A stretch of 64,000 nucleotides of DNA from Spirochaetes bacterium GWB1_36_13 (GTDB lineage Bacteria; Spirochaetota; GWB1-36-13), in assembly GCA_001829155.1 (NCBI GenBank), contig MIAO01000116.1, forward strand, positions 4,182 to 68,181, written 5' to 3'. The notes beneath the pieces are model-generated. The model was given only the letters and a program-made list of their open reading frames with translations, did not search any database and had not been told where the DNA came from. Positions 17,483-26,063 of this stretch are shown here, in pieces (the stretch's first letter is position 1; every line of letters begins with the position of its first letter). A program made the translations under genes and the position numbers.

Positions 17483-18832
17483 TTAGAAAAAGATGTCCAG
17501 TTTTCCATAATAAAAAATCTCATCTTTATTGGGTCCGTCCAGCTGGGAAGGGTTTCTCATAATTCCTTCCTTGTCATGGTAGTGGGCTCCGATATGAAAC
17601 TGACACCAGATAGCATTGTCTTTCCAGACATCCCGATCGTACTGGTTCCCTATATCCATGATCAAAGCGCCTTCAAACGCCACCATAAACTGGGTCAGAT
17701 AAAACTCATAAACCTCGCCTGCGAAAATATAATACATAATAGCAATCGGAATTTCTGTTGCAACTGTCATCACGGTCAATGCGGCGCCCCCCGCGACTAA
17801 AACGCTGTCCATAAAAATTAAAAAAGGCATCTGAACGGAAATATCAATTCCCGCGGTATAAGGCTTATCAATTTTGTTTATAAAATAGTAGTCAATATCT
17901 AGGTCATTGGAAGGGTTGTAGTAGCCTCCAAATAATTTAAATCCGAATGCCCACGCGTATTTTTTAGAAAAATAGGCTGTTTCTCCTTTCGCGTCACCCT
18001 GAAAAAAGAAAAGGTGCTCAAGGGCGGCTGTACCATAAACCCATTTTTTTTCAGTATTGTATTTGCCTTCAAAAGACAGCCAGTCGAATAGCCCCTTGAG
18101 TTCGCCTGAGAAATTGTAAATTTTTTCACTTCTTTTTTCACCCATGATTTCCAGGTATTCAAAAATACCTTTAGTGCCTGCAAAACGGAAAGCAAGACCC
18201 ATGGTGTCTTTTCCCAGTTGGTCGATTTTGTAGAAAGAGCTTAAGTGGAGAATGGGGATATTGAATTCGTAATAGTATTTTTTTTCCTGATTATCAACAA
18301 TTTTTGTCTGATAGCTGGTTTTTTCAACCGGAGACATAAAAAGCAGGGGAGAATAATAAGAAGGGGCAATGTATCCCGCTGAAAATTCAAGCAGCGCATC
18401 GCCTTTCACAGCCGCCGCTTCATTTTGTTCGTAGTATTCCCAGTTTCCGATCGTTATCATTCCGCCCACCATGGACTCGGCGACATTGTCAAAACCGGCT
18501 TTTTTTGAATGAAGGAGAAAAACGCGGTATTGAGAAAAACTTTTTTCAATAACTTTATTGGGCAGAAGAGGAATGATTAATCCTCCCTGAAAAAGAGGTT
18601 TTTCAGCCGGATCATTTTGGTATTCGGCAAAAAAGTGGGTAACCGCATTATCCCGCCCCTCAAATTTATAGTTATCTCCGTCATGATACCAGATACTTCC
18701 GACCAAAAAATCCTGTTTCATCTTTTGGCGGTAAAGATCCACAATATTCCAGTTGTATGACCATAGTGAAGAAGCTGATAAAGAAAAGAATAAAATCAGA
18801 GCATTTAATAAAATTTTATTTTTCTTTCTCAT
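17483..18832 (-). CDS. Hypothetical exported protein (about 449 aa)
   Basis: Signal peptide MRKKNKILLNALILFFSLSASS, gagga RBS, aromatic C-terminus ...KLDIFF. A roughly 40-aa hydrophobic stretch lies near the C-terminus. No recognised domain. Confidence 0.55.
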   Translation of the reverse strand: MRKKNKILLNALILFFSLSASSLWSYNWNIVDLYRQKMKQDFLVGSIWYHDGDNYKFEGRDNAVTHFFAEYQNDPAEKPLFQGGLIIPLLPNKVIEKSFSQYRVFLLHSKKAGFDNVAESMVGGMITIGNWEYYEQNEAAAVKGDALLEFSAGYIAPSYYSPLLFMSPVEKTSYQTKIVDNQEKKYYYEFNIPILHLSSFYKIDQLGKDTMGLAFRFAGTKGIFEYLEIMGEKRSEKIYNFSGELKGLFDWLSFEGKYNTEKKWVYGTAALEHLFFFQGDAKGETAYFSKKYAWAFGFKLFGGYYNPSNDLDIDYYFINKIDKPYTAGIDISVQMPFLIFMDSVLVAGGAALTVMTVATEIPIAIMYYIFAGEVYEFYLTQFMVAFEGALIMDIGNQYDRDVWKDNAIWCQFHIGAHYHDKEGIMRNPSQLDGPNKDEIFYYGKLDIFF

Positions 18833-18938
18833 TTTTATCCTCATAATTAAAAATTTAATTTCGTTAAAAATAAACATAACAAAAATAAAAGAAAAATAAT
18901 ATTTTTTTTCTGAATTAAGTTATAATAATTTTTATAAA

Positions 18939-19439
18939 ATGAAAAGAAAACATTTATTTCCACTCAATAAAATCAGTTATCTGAAAGATAAAAAATTCAG
19001 GGAAGAAAACTGTATTTTATGTAAAATTATTGAAAAAGATTCTCAGGTATTCAATCTTCTCGTTTATGAAGGCAAAAAAGCAGCGGTCACTTTAAACCTT
19101 TATCCTTATAATGCGGGACATCTGATGATTTTTCCGATGCGGCATATTGAGGATATCCGTGAAATGAGCAAAGAAGAAGAGGATGAAATTTCAATTCTGA
19201 CAAAAATCAGCATGAATCTATTAGATAAAATATACAGTCCGGGGGGGTATAACCTAGGTTATAATATCGGAAAAGCATCGGGCGCCAGTATTGCGCATAT
19301 TCACCGTCATGTTGTGCCCCGCTTTCCCAATGAGCTGGGTTTTATCGATATTCTCTCAGGCTCGAAAATCATAGTGGAAGACCCGAAGCAGACCCTTTTA
19401 AAACTAAAAGAATTTTTTAGAATCAATTTAGAAGTATAG
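18939..19439 (+). CDS. HIT-family nucleotide hydrolase/transferase
   Basis: Histidine-triad motif HIHRHVVPRF. N-terminal CILC. Confidence 0.85.
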   Translation: MKRKHLFPLNKISYLKDKKFREENCILCKIIEKDSQVFNLLVYEGKKAAVTLNLYPYNAGHLMIFPMRHIEDIREMSKEEEDEISILTKISMNLLDKIYSPGGYNLGYNIGKASGASIAHIHRHVVPRFPNELGFIDILSGSKIIVEDPKQTLLKLKEFFRINLEV

Positions 19440-19572
19440 TTTTTTAAATCAGTTTGTTGTCATGCTCTTAAAGATCTTATCGTTCTTTTTTCTATCAATT
19501 CTTTTTGACAAAAAAACATTTTTAATTATTATTTAATCTATCTTAATTTTAGAGTCAACGAAGGAAAAAAGT

Positions 19573-21777
19573 ATGTTCTGGATGAATTCTATTAAAAAGA
19601 AACTGATTTTTTTTGTTTTACTCCCAGTTATTTTTCTTTTAATTTTTTTAACATTCTATATTTATAAAAATGTAAAAGAGATGTCTGAATCGATGATGCT
19701 GAAAAATCTGACGGCAGAGATTGAAAAAACAAGCGCTGAAATTCTGGTTGAATTGGAAAAACCTTTAAACAGTGCGAGGACAATGGCTCTTTTCCATAAA
19801 AATTTTATGACAGTGCCGCTTTTAGAAAGAAGAAATTATTTTTCGATCATACTAAAATATTTGATGGAAGAAAATCTGGATTATTTGGCAGTTTGGGCAG
19901 TTTGGGGGAAAAATGCTCTGGACGGAATGGATGCTAAGTTTGGTAAAACAGATGACAGTAATGAAATGGGGCGTTTTGTTCCTACATGGATCAGAGAAAA
20001 AGGCGTTGTAGTGAAAATGACGGAAGGGAGCGATGAAAAAGAGCTGGAAGAAAGTGATTATTACCAGCTGCCTTTGAAATCAAAAAAAGAAACGGTTCTT
20101 GACCCCTATCTTTATTCCTATACTTTAAAACCGGAAGATTCTATTCTTATGACCAGTGTGACCGTTCCGGTGGAAATAAATAAAGAGGTAGTCACGGTTG
20201 TCGGAATTGACATCAGTATGGAAGCGTATCAAAAAATCATTTCACGCCTTAAGCCTTTTGAAACTGCTGAAGCTTTTTTAATATCTAATAATGGAACTTA
20301 TGTGGTTCATCCTAAATCAGAATTGATTGGCAAGAATTTGGTTGAAACAGAGGAAGAGGATAATGAAAAATTTGGTATTTTGGAGAACATAAAGCAGGGA
20401 AAAAATTTTTATTTTTCGAAAGATAGAGATCAAGTTGAATATTTTTATGTATTCTCGCCTTTGAAAATCGGGAATACGGATGCTTTATGGGCATTGGGCG
20501 TAAAAGTTAAAAAAAATGAGATTTTAAAACTCTCTGCGCAAATTCTGACCCGTCTGGGCATTATCAGCGTTGTGATGATTGCGCTGGTTTTATTTATTCT
20601 TCTTTTTCTTTCGTATAAATTTTCTTTTTCAATATCCAGACTCACCCAAGGAATCAAAATATCGGCAAATGGTGATTTTTCGCATCAAATCATGCTTGAA
20701 CAAAAAGATGAGCTTGGAAGTATCGCGCTTGATTTAAATCAAATGAGTTCTAATTTTAATAAAATTATTAAAACTCTCAAAGCAAATGGAAATGAATTAA
20801 ATTCTTCGTCTTCAGATTTGGCAGTCAACTGTCAGCAGACCAGTGAGAATATTAACCGGATCTCTCTTTCGGCAGGAGAAATAGCGGAAAAAATTCAAAA
20901 TGAAAAAAAACTGATGGAAGAGTCTTCTCTTAAAATTGGAAAAATACTCGAAAAAATAGCTTCCATCAATTCAATGACTCTAACAATGCAAAATAAAATT
21001 TTGAGTTCTTCCTCAGCTATCGAGGAAAGTTCGGCCAGTATCCAGAATACGGTGAGTGTTGCGCTTCATGCCGATCAATCGGCAAAAAAACTCGAAGATG
21101 TATCGATGGAGGGAAATAAAGCGGTCAGGCGTTTAAATGAATCCATTGATACGATGGCTAAAAACTCTGAAGAAATTGTGGATATGGTTCAGCTGATTAT
21201 GGATATTTCAGAACAGACAAACCTTTTGGCAATGAATGCTGCGATTGAAGCGGCGCATGCGGGGGAATTTGGGAAAGGTTTTGCTGTTGTTGCGGAAGAA
21301 ATTAGAAAACTGGCTGATAAAAGCGGACAGAGCGCGAAAAATATACAAGCGGTGGTGAAGAAAATTTCAGAAAGCATTGAAGAAAATTTAAAATTATCCT
21401 CAGCGACAAATCAGGGATTTCTCACAATGGATAAAGAGATTAAAAATGTTTCTCAAATCAATCAGGAAATTTCAATGTCGATGCAGGAGCAAAAAATCGC
21501 TAATACGGATATTTTGAATTCGACCACTCTTTTAAACAGCTTGAGTAAAGAAATTGTTACCGCTCTTCAGGAACAGGTTGAATCCAGCAAGGGGATTTAT
21601 GCAATTTTTGAACAGCTTCAGAAGATGAGCGGGGAAATTAATCTTTCTGTAAGTGAACAGAGTCATGGATTAAAAGAAATTGAAGAAGCTTCTGTCTATA
21701 TTAGAAATGTATCCGGGCAGATTAAAAAAATAGCAAAACAGATAGAAATGGATTTCAGCCGTTTTACAACAGATTAA
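19573..21777 (+). CDS. Methyl-accepting chemotaxis protein with periplasmic Cache-like sensor and HAMP domain
   Basis: Two TM helices flanking a roughly 290-aa periplasmic domain. Conserved signalling hairpin [34 protein letters not shown]. Confidence 0.92.
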   Translation: MFWMNSIKKKLIFFVLLPVIFLLIFLTFYIYKNVKEMSESMMLKNLTAEIEKTSAEILVELEKPLNSARTMALFHKNFMTVPLLERRNYFSIILKYLMEENLDYLAVWAVWGKNALDGMDAKFGKTDDSNEMGRFVPTWIREKGVVVKMTEGSDEKELEESDYYQLPLKSKKETVLDPYLYSYTLKPEDSILMTSVTVPVEINKEVVTVVGIDISMEAYQKIISRLKPFETAEAFLISNNGTYVVHPKSELIGKNLVETEEEDNEKFGILENIKQGKNFYFSKDRDQVEYFYVFSPLKIGNTDALWALGVKVKKNEILKLSAQILTRLGIISVVMIALVLFILLFLSYKFSFSISRLTQGIKISANGDFSHQIMLEQKDELGSIALDLNQMSSNFNKIIKTLKANGNELNSSSSDLAVNCQQTSENINRISLSAGEIAEKIQNEKKLMEESSLKIGKILEKIASINSMTLTMQNKILSSSSAIEESSASIQNTVSVALHADQSAKKLEDVSMEGNKAVRRLNESIDTMAKNSEEIVDMVQLIMDISEQTNLLAMNAAIEAAHAGEFGKGFAVVAEEIRKLADKSGQSAKNIQAVVKKISESIEENLKLSSATNQGFLTMDKEIKNVSQINQEISMSMQEQKIANTDILNSTTLLNSLSKEIVTALQEQVESSKGIYAIFEQLQKMSGEINLSVSEQSHGLKEIEEASVYIRNVSGQIKKIAKQIEMDFSRFTTD

Positions 21778-21963
21778 ATAAATCATTTTACGACCTTAAA
21801 GTTGTTTAGAAACAATTGCTAAGAATAATTTTTTTTTTAAAAACTCTTGATATTTTTTCAAATCTTTATTTATTAAATACAGAATTTTATGATTTTTTTC
21901 GAATTATGTTGACTTATTTCAGATATTTTAAGAAATTTGAAAAAAAAAAGAAGGAGAACTTAT

Positions 21964-23013
21964 ATGTCTCAAGAGTATGTCGGAATTGTCGGATATGGAA
22001 TTTATATTCCAGAAACTTTTATGACCGCCAAACAAGTATCGGAAGCAACCAAAGGGAAATGGAGCGAAGACGCGGTTATCCAAAAGCTTGGTTTTAAGAA
22101 GAAACCTGTGCCTGGAGCGAATGACGGAACTCAGGAAATGGGAGTGAAAGCAGGACTGGATGCTTTGAAAAGAACAGGGGTTGATCCGAAAGAAATTGAC
22201 CTGATTCTTTGTATCGGTGAAGAATGGAAAGAATATCCATTGACCACATCAGGAATTTATATTCAGGAAAAAATCGGAGCAGTAAACGCATGGTCGATTG
22301 ATATCCAGCAAAGGTGCAATACAACGGTCGCGGCGCTTAAAATAGCAAAAGATATGATGATAGCTGACCCTTCTATCAACACGGCTATGATAGTCGGAGG
22401 GTATCGAAACGGGGATTTTATTGATTATACGGATCCTGCGGTTTCTTTTATGTACAACCTGGCTGCCGGAGGGGGAGCGTTAATTCTGAAAAAAGGATAC
22501 AAAAAAAATGTAGTGCTCGGCACTCATATCATGACAGACGGATCTCTTGCCAGAGATGCGGGAGTGGAATACGGAGGAATTATTAAACCTCTTGAAAGCC
22601 TTCCAAAAGATGTTCTGGAGGATGTTTTAAAAAGAGGAAATAAATCTTTAAGAGTTTTTGATGATGAACATATGAAAAGCAGGCTGAACGAAGTCTCTAT
22701 GCCGAACTGGTTTCAATGTGTGGATAAAGCTTTGGAAAAAAGCGGTATGACCCGTAAAAACCTGTCTTTCTTAAATGTTCTTCATTTTAAATATTCTATG
22801 TATCAGTATATGCTGAAAGAACTGGGATTAAACGAAACTCAGTCTGTTTATCTGGATGAATACGGTCATGTAGGGCAGATTGATCAGTTTATTTCTATGT
22901 ATGAAGGTGAAAAACAAGGAAAATTAAAAGACGGATCTGTCATGGCAGTGATTGCAGCCGGTATCGGGTATGTTTGGGGCGCTACCATTATTCAATGGGG
23001 ACCTGTGAAATAA
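21964..23013 (+). CDS. Beta-ketoacyl synthase III (FabH)-like thiolase-fold condensing enzyme, atypical active site
   Basis: FabH-like layout: Cys in IDIQQRCNTTVAAL, His in LNVLHFKY. GHVGQ occupies the position of the FabH GNTSAAS motif. aaggaga RBS before the ATG at 21964. Confidence 0.7.
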   Translation: MSQEYVGIVGYGIYIPETFMTAKQVSEATKGKWSEDAVIQKLGFKKKPVPGANDGTQEMGVKAGLDALKRTGVDPKEIDLILCIGEEWKEYPLTTSGIYIQEKIGAVNAWSIDIQQRCNTTVAALKIAKDMMIADPSINTAMIVGGYRNGDFIDYTDPAVSFMYNLAAGGGALILKKGYKKNVVLGTHIMTDGSLARDAGVEYGGIIKPLESLPKDVLEDVLKRGNKSLRVFDDEHMKSRLNEVSMPNWFQCVDKALEKSGMTRKNLSFLNVLHFKYSMYQYMLKELGLNETQSVYLDEYGHVGQIDQFISMYEGEKQGKLKDGSVMAVIAAGIGYVWGATIIQWGPVK

Positions 23014-23031
23014 TAAATTTGGAGGATAAAG

Positions 23032-24357
23032 ATGGCGATGAGCGAGAAGATTAAGGAAATTTATAAAAAGAAAGTAATTTCGGTTGATGATGCCGTAAAA
23101 ATGGTAAAATCAGATACGGATGTGGTTTGCGCTCTTGCTGCTGCCGAACCGAAACTTTTTATGAGAAAACTCTATTCTGTAAAAGATAAAGTAAAAGATG
23201 TCAGTGTCCTGACCTGTCTTCCGATGGAAGCATATGATTTTTATACCAAAGAAGATGCTTTGGGGCATTTTTATCACGAAGGATGGTTTTATACTGGTCC
23301 GATGAGAAATGCTTCTCAATCCATTAATAGTTTTGTTACTAATCATCTTCATATGGCTGGAACAGATCGGTTAAGTTATAGAAAACCCCATATTTTTGCT
23401 GGAACTGCAACGCCTCCGGATAAAAACGGGTATATGTCTTTATCGCTTTCAGCTACTTATGAAGTAGATATGCTGGAAAATGCTGATATTGTTATTCTGG
23501 AAGTCAATGAAAAATTTCCAAGAACCTTTGGAGACACGATTATTCATATCAGTCAGGTTCATCATATTATTGAGGCAGACTACGATGTGCCTGAAATTCC
23601 AATACCTCCTGTTTCTGCTGAAGATAAGACGATTGCTGGATTTATTGCTCCTATGATTGAAAACGGAAGTACGGTTCAACTGGGAATTGGCGGTATCCCA
23701 AATGCGATCGGAGCCAATCTGACCACATTAAAAGATATTGGAATTCATACTGAAATGCTGACGGAAGGAATGGTAGATCTTTTTGAGGCAGGGGTACTTA
23801 ATGGAAAAAGAAAAACTCTTCTTCCCGGTAAAATGGTCTGTACTTTTGCTCTTGGAAATAAAAAACTCTATGATTTTATTGATAATAATCCAGGTGTTGT
23901 CATTAATAGAGGGAAATGGGTGAATGACCCTTATGTCATTGCTCAAAACTATAAACAGATTTCAATCAATACGGCTCTTGAAATCGATTTAAGCGGGCAG
24001 GTATGTTCCGAATCCATCGGTTCTGTTCAGTTTAGCGGGACAGGCGGTCAGGCTGATACGGCAATAGGAGCTCAAAGGTCAATCGGCGGAAAGTCTTTTA
24101 TTGCTTTGTATTCTACTGCCAGTGTTAAGGATGCGAAAGGGGTCAGAAAACCGATTTCTAAAATCGTTCCGATGCTCAAAGAAGGGGGAAGAGTGACTCT
24201 TCATCGGGCAAATGTTGAATATGTTGTAACTGAACATGGAATTGTGAGGTTAAAAGGTCTTTCGGTTCGAGAAAGAGCTAAAAAATTAATTACAATTGCG
24301 CATCCAGATTTCAGGGATATGCTGACAGAAGAAGCAAAGAAATTAAAATTTATTTAA
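23032..24357 (+). CDS. Acetyl-CoA hydrolase/transferase family protein (4-hydroxybutyrate CoA-transferase-like)
   Basis: Size is 441 aa. Strings GIGGIPNA and SGTGGQADT are typical of the family. Confidence 0.8.
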   Translation: MAMSEKIKEIYKKKVISVDDAVKMVKSDTDVVCALAAAEPKLFMRKLYSVKDKVKDVSVLTCLPMEAYDFYTKEDALGHFYHEGWFYTGPMRNASQSINSFVTNHLHMAGTDRLSYRKPHIFAGTATPPDKNGYMSLSLSATYEVDMLENADIVILEVNEKFPRTFGDTIIHISQVHHIIEADYDVPEIPIPPVSAEDKTIAGFIAPMIENGSTVQLGIGGIPNAIGANLTTLKDIGIHTEMLTEGMVDLFEAGVLNGKRKTLLPGKMVCTFALGNKKLYDFIDNNPGVVINRGKWVNDPYVIAQNYKQISINTALEIDLSGQVCSESIGSVQFSGTGGQADTAIGAQRSIGGKSFIALYSTASVKDAKGVRKPISKIVPMLKEGGRVTLHRANVEYVVTEHGIVRLKGLSVRERAKKLITIAHPDFRDMLTEEAKKLKFI

Positions 24358-24366
24358 GTTTATCAC

Positions 24367-24396
24367 TGTAGAAATCAGGCTTGCCTGATTTCTACA
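24367..24396. terminator. 13-bp perfect hairpin between convergent genes (bidirectional terminator candidate)
   Basis: tgtagaaatcagg-cttg-cctgatttctaca. Confidence 0.55.
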
Positions 24397-24406
24397 ACAA
24401 GCAAAA

Positions 24407-24961
24407 TTATTTTACTTTTCGATAGATTTGAGTTGAAGAATCATCAAATTCTTCTGGTCTGGGCACAAATTCCTTTTCATAAAAAACAGTGATCAATTTT
24501 CCATCTCCATTAAGCTCAAAAATTCCGGAATAAGGGATTTTAGCTGTTTTTCCTTTCGCATCTGTAACCCATTTTCCTTCATATTTTATATGGGATTGTT
24601 CGAAATCAATCTTAAAAGGAGTGGAAGATGTGTCTACTATAATGTATTTTCCTTTTGCAGCAGTAGATGCTCCGCTTCTGGCATATTCCCAGATATAGGT
24701 GCCGTCTGAGTTAAAAGTAAATTTTGCGGGAAGGCTATAACCGTATTGGCTCAAAATATCTCCCAGGGTTTCGGCTTCCCATTCTCCAATAATTTTTTTT
24801 GAAATCTCGTCTCCATCGGAAGCTTTGACAGTCGTTTTTTCATTATTGTTGGCAACCTGCTGTTTCCCGATTTCAGGCTTGACATCGTTCGTATTTCCTC
24901 CACCTGAACATCCTGTTATGAAAAAAACAGGCAAGATGAAGAAAAAAAATAATTTTTTCAT
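24407..24961 (-). CDS. Lipocalin-like lipoprotein, paralog A
   Basis: Lipobox FFITGCSGG after an aggagg RBS. Shares IIGEWEAETLG...YG...DGTY.W...KGKY.V.DTS..P.K.DF...GIFEL.GDGKL with the gene at 25296-25790. Confidence 0.75.
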   Translation of the reverse strand: MKKLFFFFILPVFFITGCSGGGNTNDVKPEIGKQQVANNNEKTTVKASDGDEISKKIIGEWEAETLGDILSQYGYSLPAKFTFNSDGTYIWEYARSGASTAAKGKYIIVDTSSTPFKIDFEQSHIKYEGKWVTDAKGKTAKIPYSGIFELNGDGKLITVFYEKEFVPRPEEFDDSSTQIYRKVK

Positions 24962-25091
24962 CGATTTTTCCTCCTGATAAATTAAAAAAAACTTATTTAA
25001 CAATATAGAAAAATAAAATTTAACAACTAATTGATCGATTAGTGCAATAAATTTTTATTTGATGTTTAGCACTGGCATTATATACTAATCT

Positions 25092-25196
25092 GTCATGCTT
25101 ACGAAGGCTGAAATCTATTGAAAGTAAGTGTTTTAAGTTATAGATTTCGGTATTTTTGCAAGCAAAAACCGGAATGACAATTTTGCATTTTATATT
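25092..25196 (-). repeat. Intergenic repeat family A, copy 3 (full length, diverged)
   Basis: gtcatgcttacgaaggctgaaatctattgaaagtaagtgttttaagt...tttgcaagcaaaaaccggaatgacaattttgcattttatatt. Confidence 0.8.
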
Positions 25197-25263
25197 GAGT
25201 TTTTATCAATAAAATTGAAAAAAAAGTGTAATTAAAGAATAATAAATGATTATTGTGTCGTGA

Positions 25264-25292
25264 AAACCGGAGAAGGTTTCTCCGGTTTTTTT
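25264..25292 (-). terminator. Terminator hairpin after lipoprotein paralog B
   Basis: aaaccggaga-aggtt-tctccggttt with flanking A/T runs, 4 nt from the stop codon. Confidence 0.55.
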
Positions 25293-25295
25293 AAT

Positions 25296-25790
25296 TTACT
25301 TTTTTGTGTAAACTTGTGCTGCTTCGTTCAATTCGTCTGGTCTTGGGTAGTTGATTGCATCTAAGAAAGCTGTAACCAATTTTCCGTCTGCACCGACTTC
25401 AAAGATTCCGTGAGCAGGTCTTGATTTTTCAACCCAAGCTCCGTCTGGTCCTTGAACATGTGTCTGCATGAAGTCAAATTTGTAAGGTTTAGCAGATGTG
25501 TCAGTTACTTTATAAGTTCCTTTCACTCCTACATATTTTCCACTTAATGTAAAATACCACTCATATTTTCCATCTTCAGTTAAAAGCAGTCTTGCTGGAG
25601 CTGTAAATCCGTATTGCTCAAGGAAAACTCCGAGAGTTTCTGCCTGCCAGTCTCCGATAATTGATTTTGCGATGTCAGCATCAGCTACTGTAGTTTGCCC
25701 AGCCCCAGTAGTTTCAGGTTTTGTTTCAGTTCCTCCGCAGCTTACAAGAAAAAGCGCGAGTACTGTTAAAAGTACCAGTAGTTTCTTCAT
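25296..25790 (-). CDS. Lipocalin-like lipoprotein, paralog B
   Basis: Lipobox FLVSCGG and a strong aaggagga RBS. Paralogous to 24407-24961. Confidence 0.8.
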   Translation of the reverse strand: MKKLLVLLTVLALFLVSCGGTETKPETTGAGQTTVADADIAKSIIGDWQAETLGVFLEQYGFTAPARLLLTEDGKYEWYFTLSGKYVGVKGTYKVTDTSAKPYKFDFMQTHVQGPDGAWVEKSRPAHGIFEVGADGKLVTAFLDAINYPRPDELNEAAQVYTKK

Positions 25791-26063
25791 AGAAAAATTC
25801 CTCCTTCTTTTAATAAAAACTTATAATTTGTTTCATTTAATAATGATAATTTTTTTAAAAAAAGTCAAGTTTAAAAAGAAAGTTTTAATTTTTTTTATTT
25901 CTTTAGCCGAATAATATTTTTTTTAAGTAAAAAAATGAGAGAGTATCTTTTATTTTAATAAAAGATATATTTTATGTTTTTGCGTAAGCTTCGATTATTT
26001 TTATATATATAATTTTTATATTTAAAAATTCTATTGGGATTTGGAAATTTAAAGACGAGGTTA

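Noticed and set aside
25886-25913. Sigma-28-like promoter upstream of cheA (TAAT-N16-GCCGAATA against consensus TAAA-N15-GCCGATAA)
   Set aside because: It is only a partial match in very AT-rich DNA, with an imperfect -35 and spacing. It cannot be supported without TSS data.
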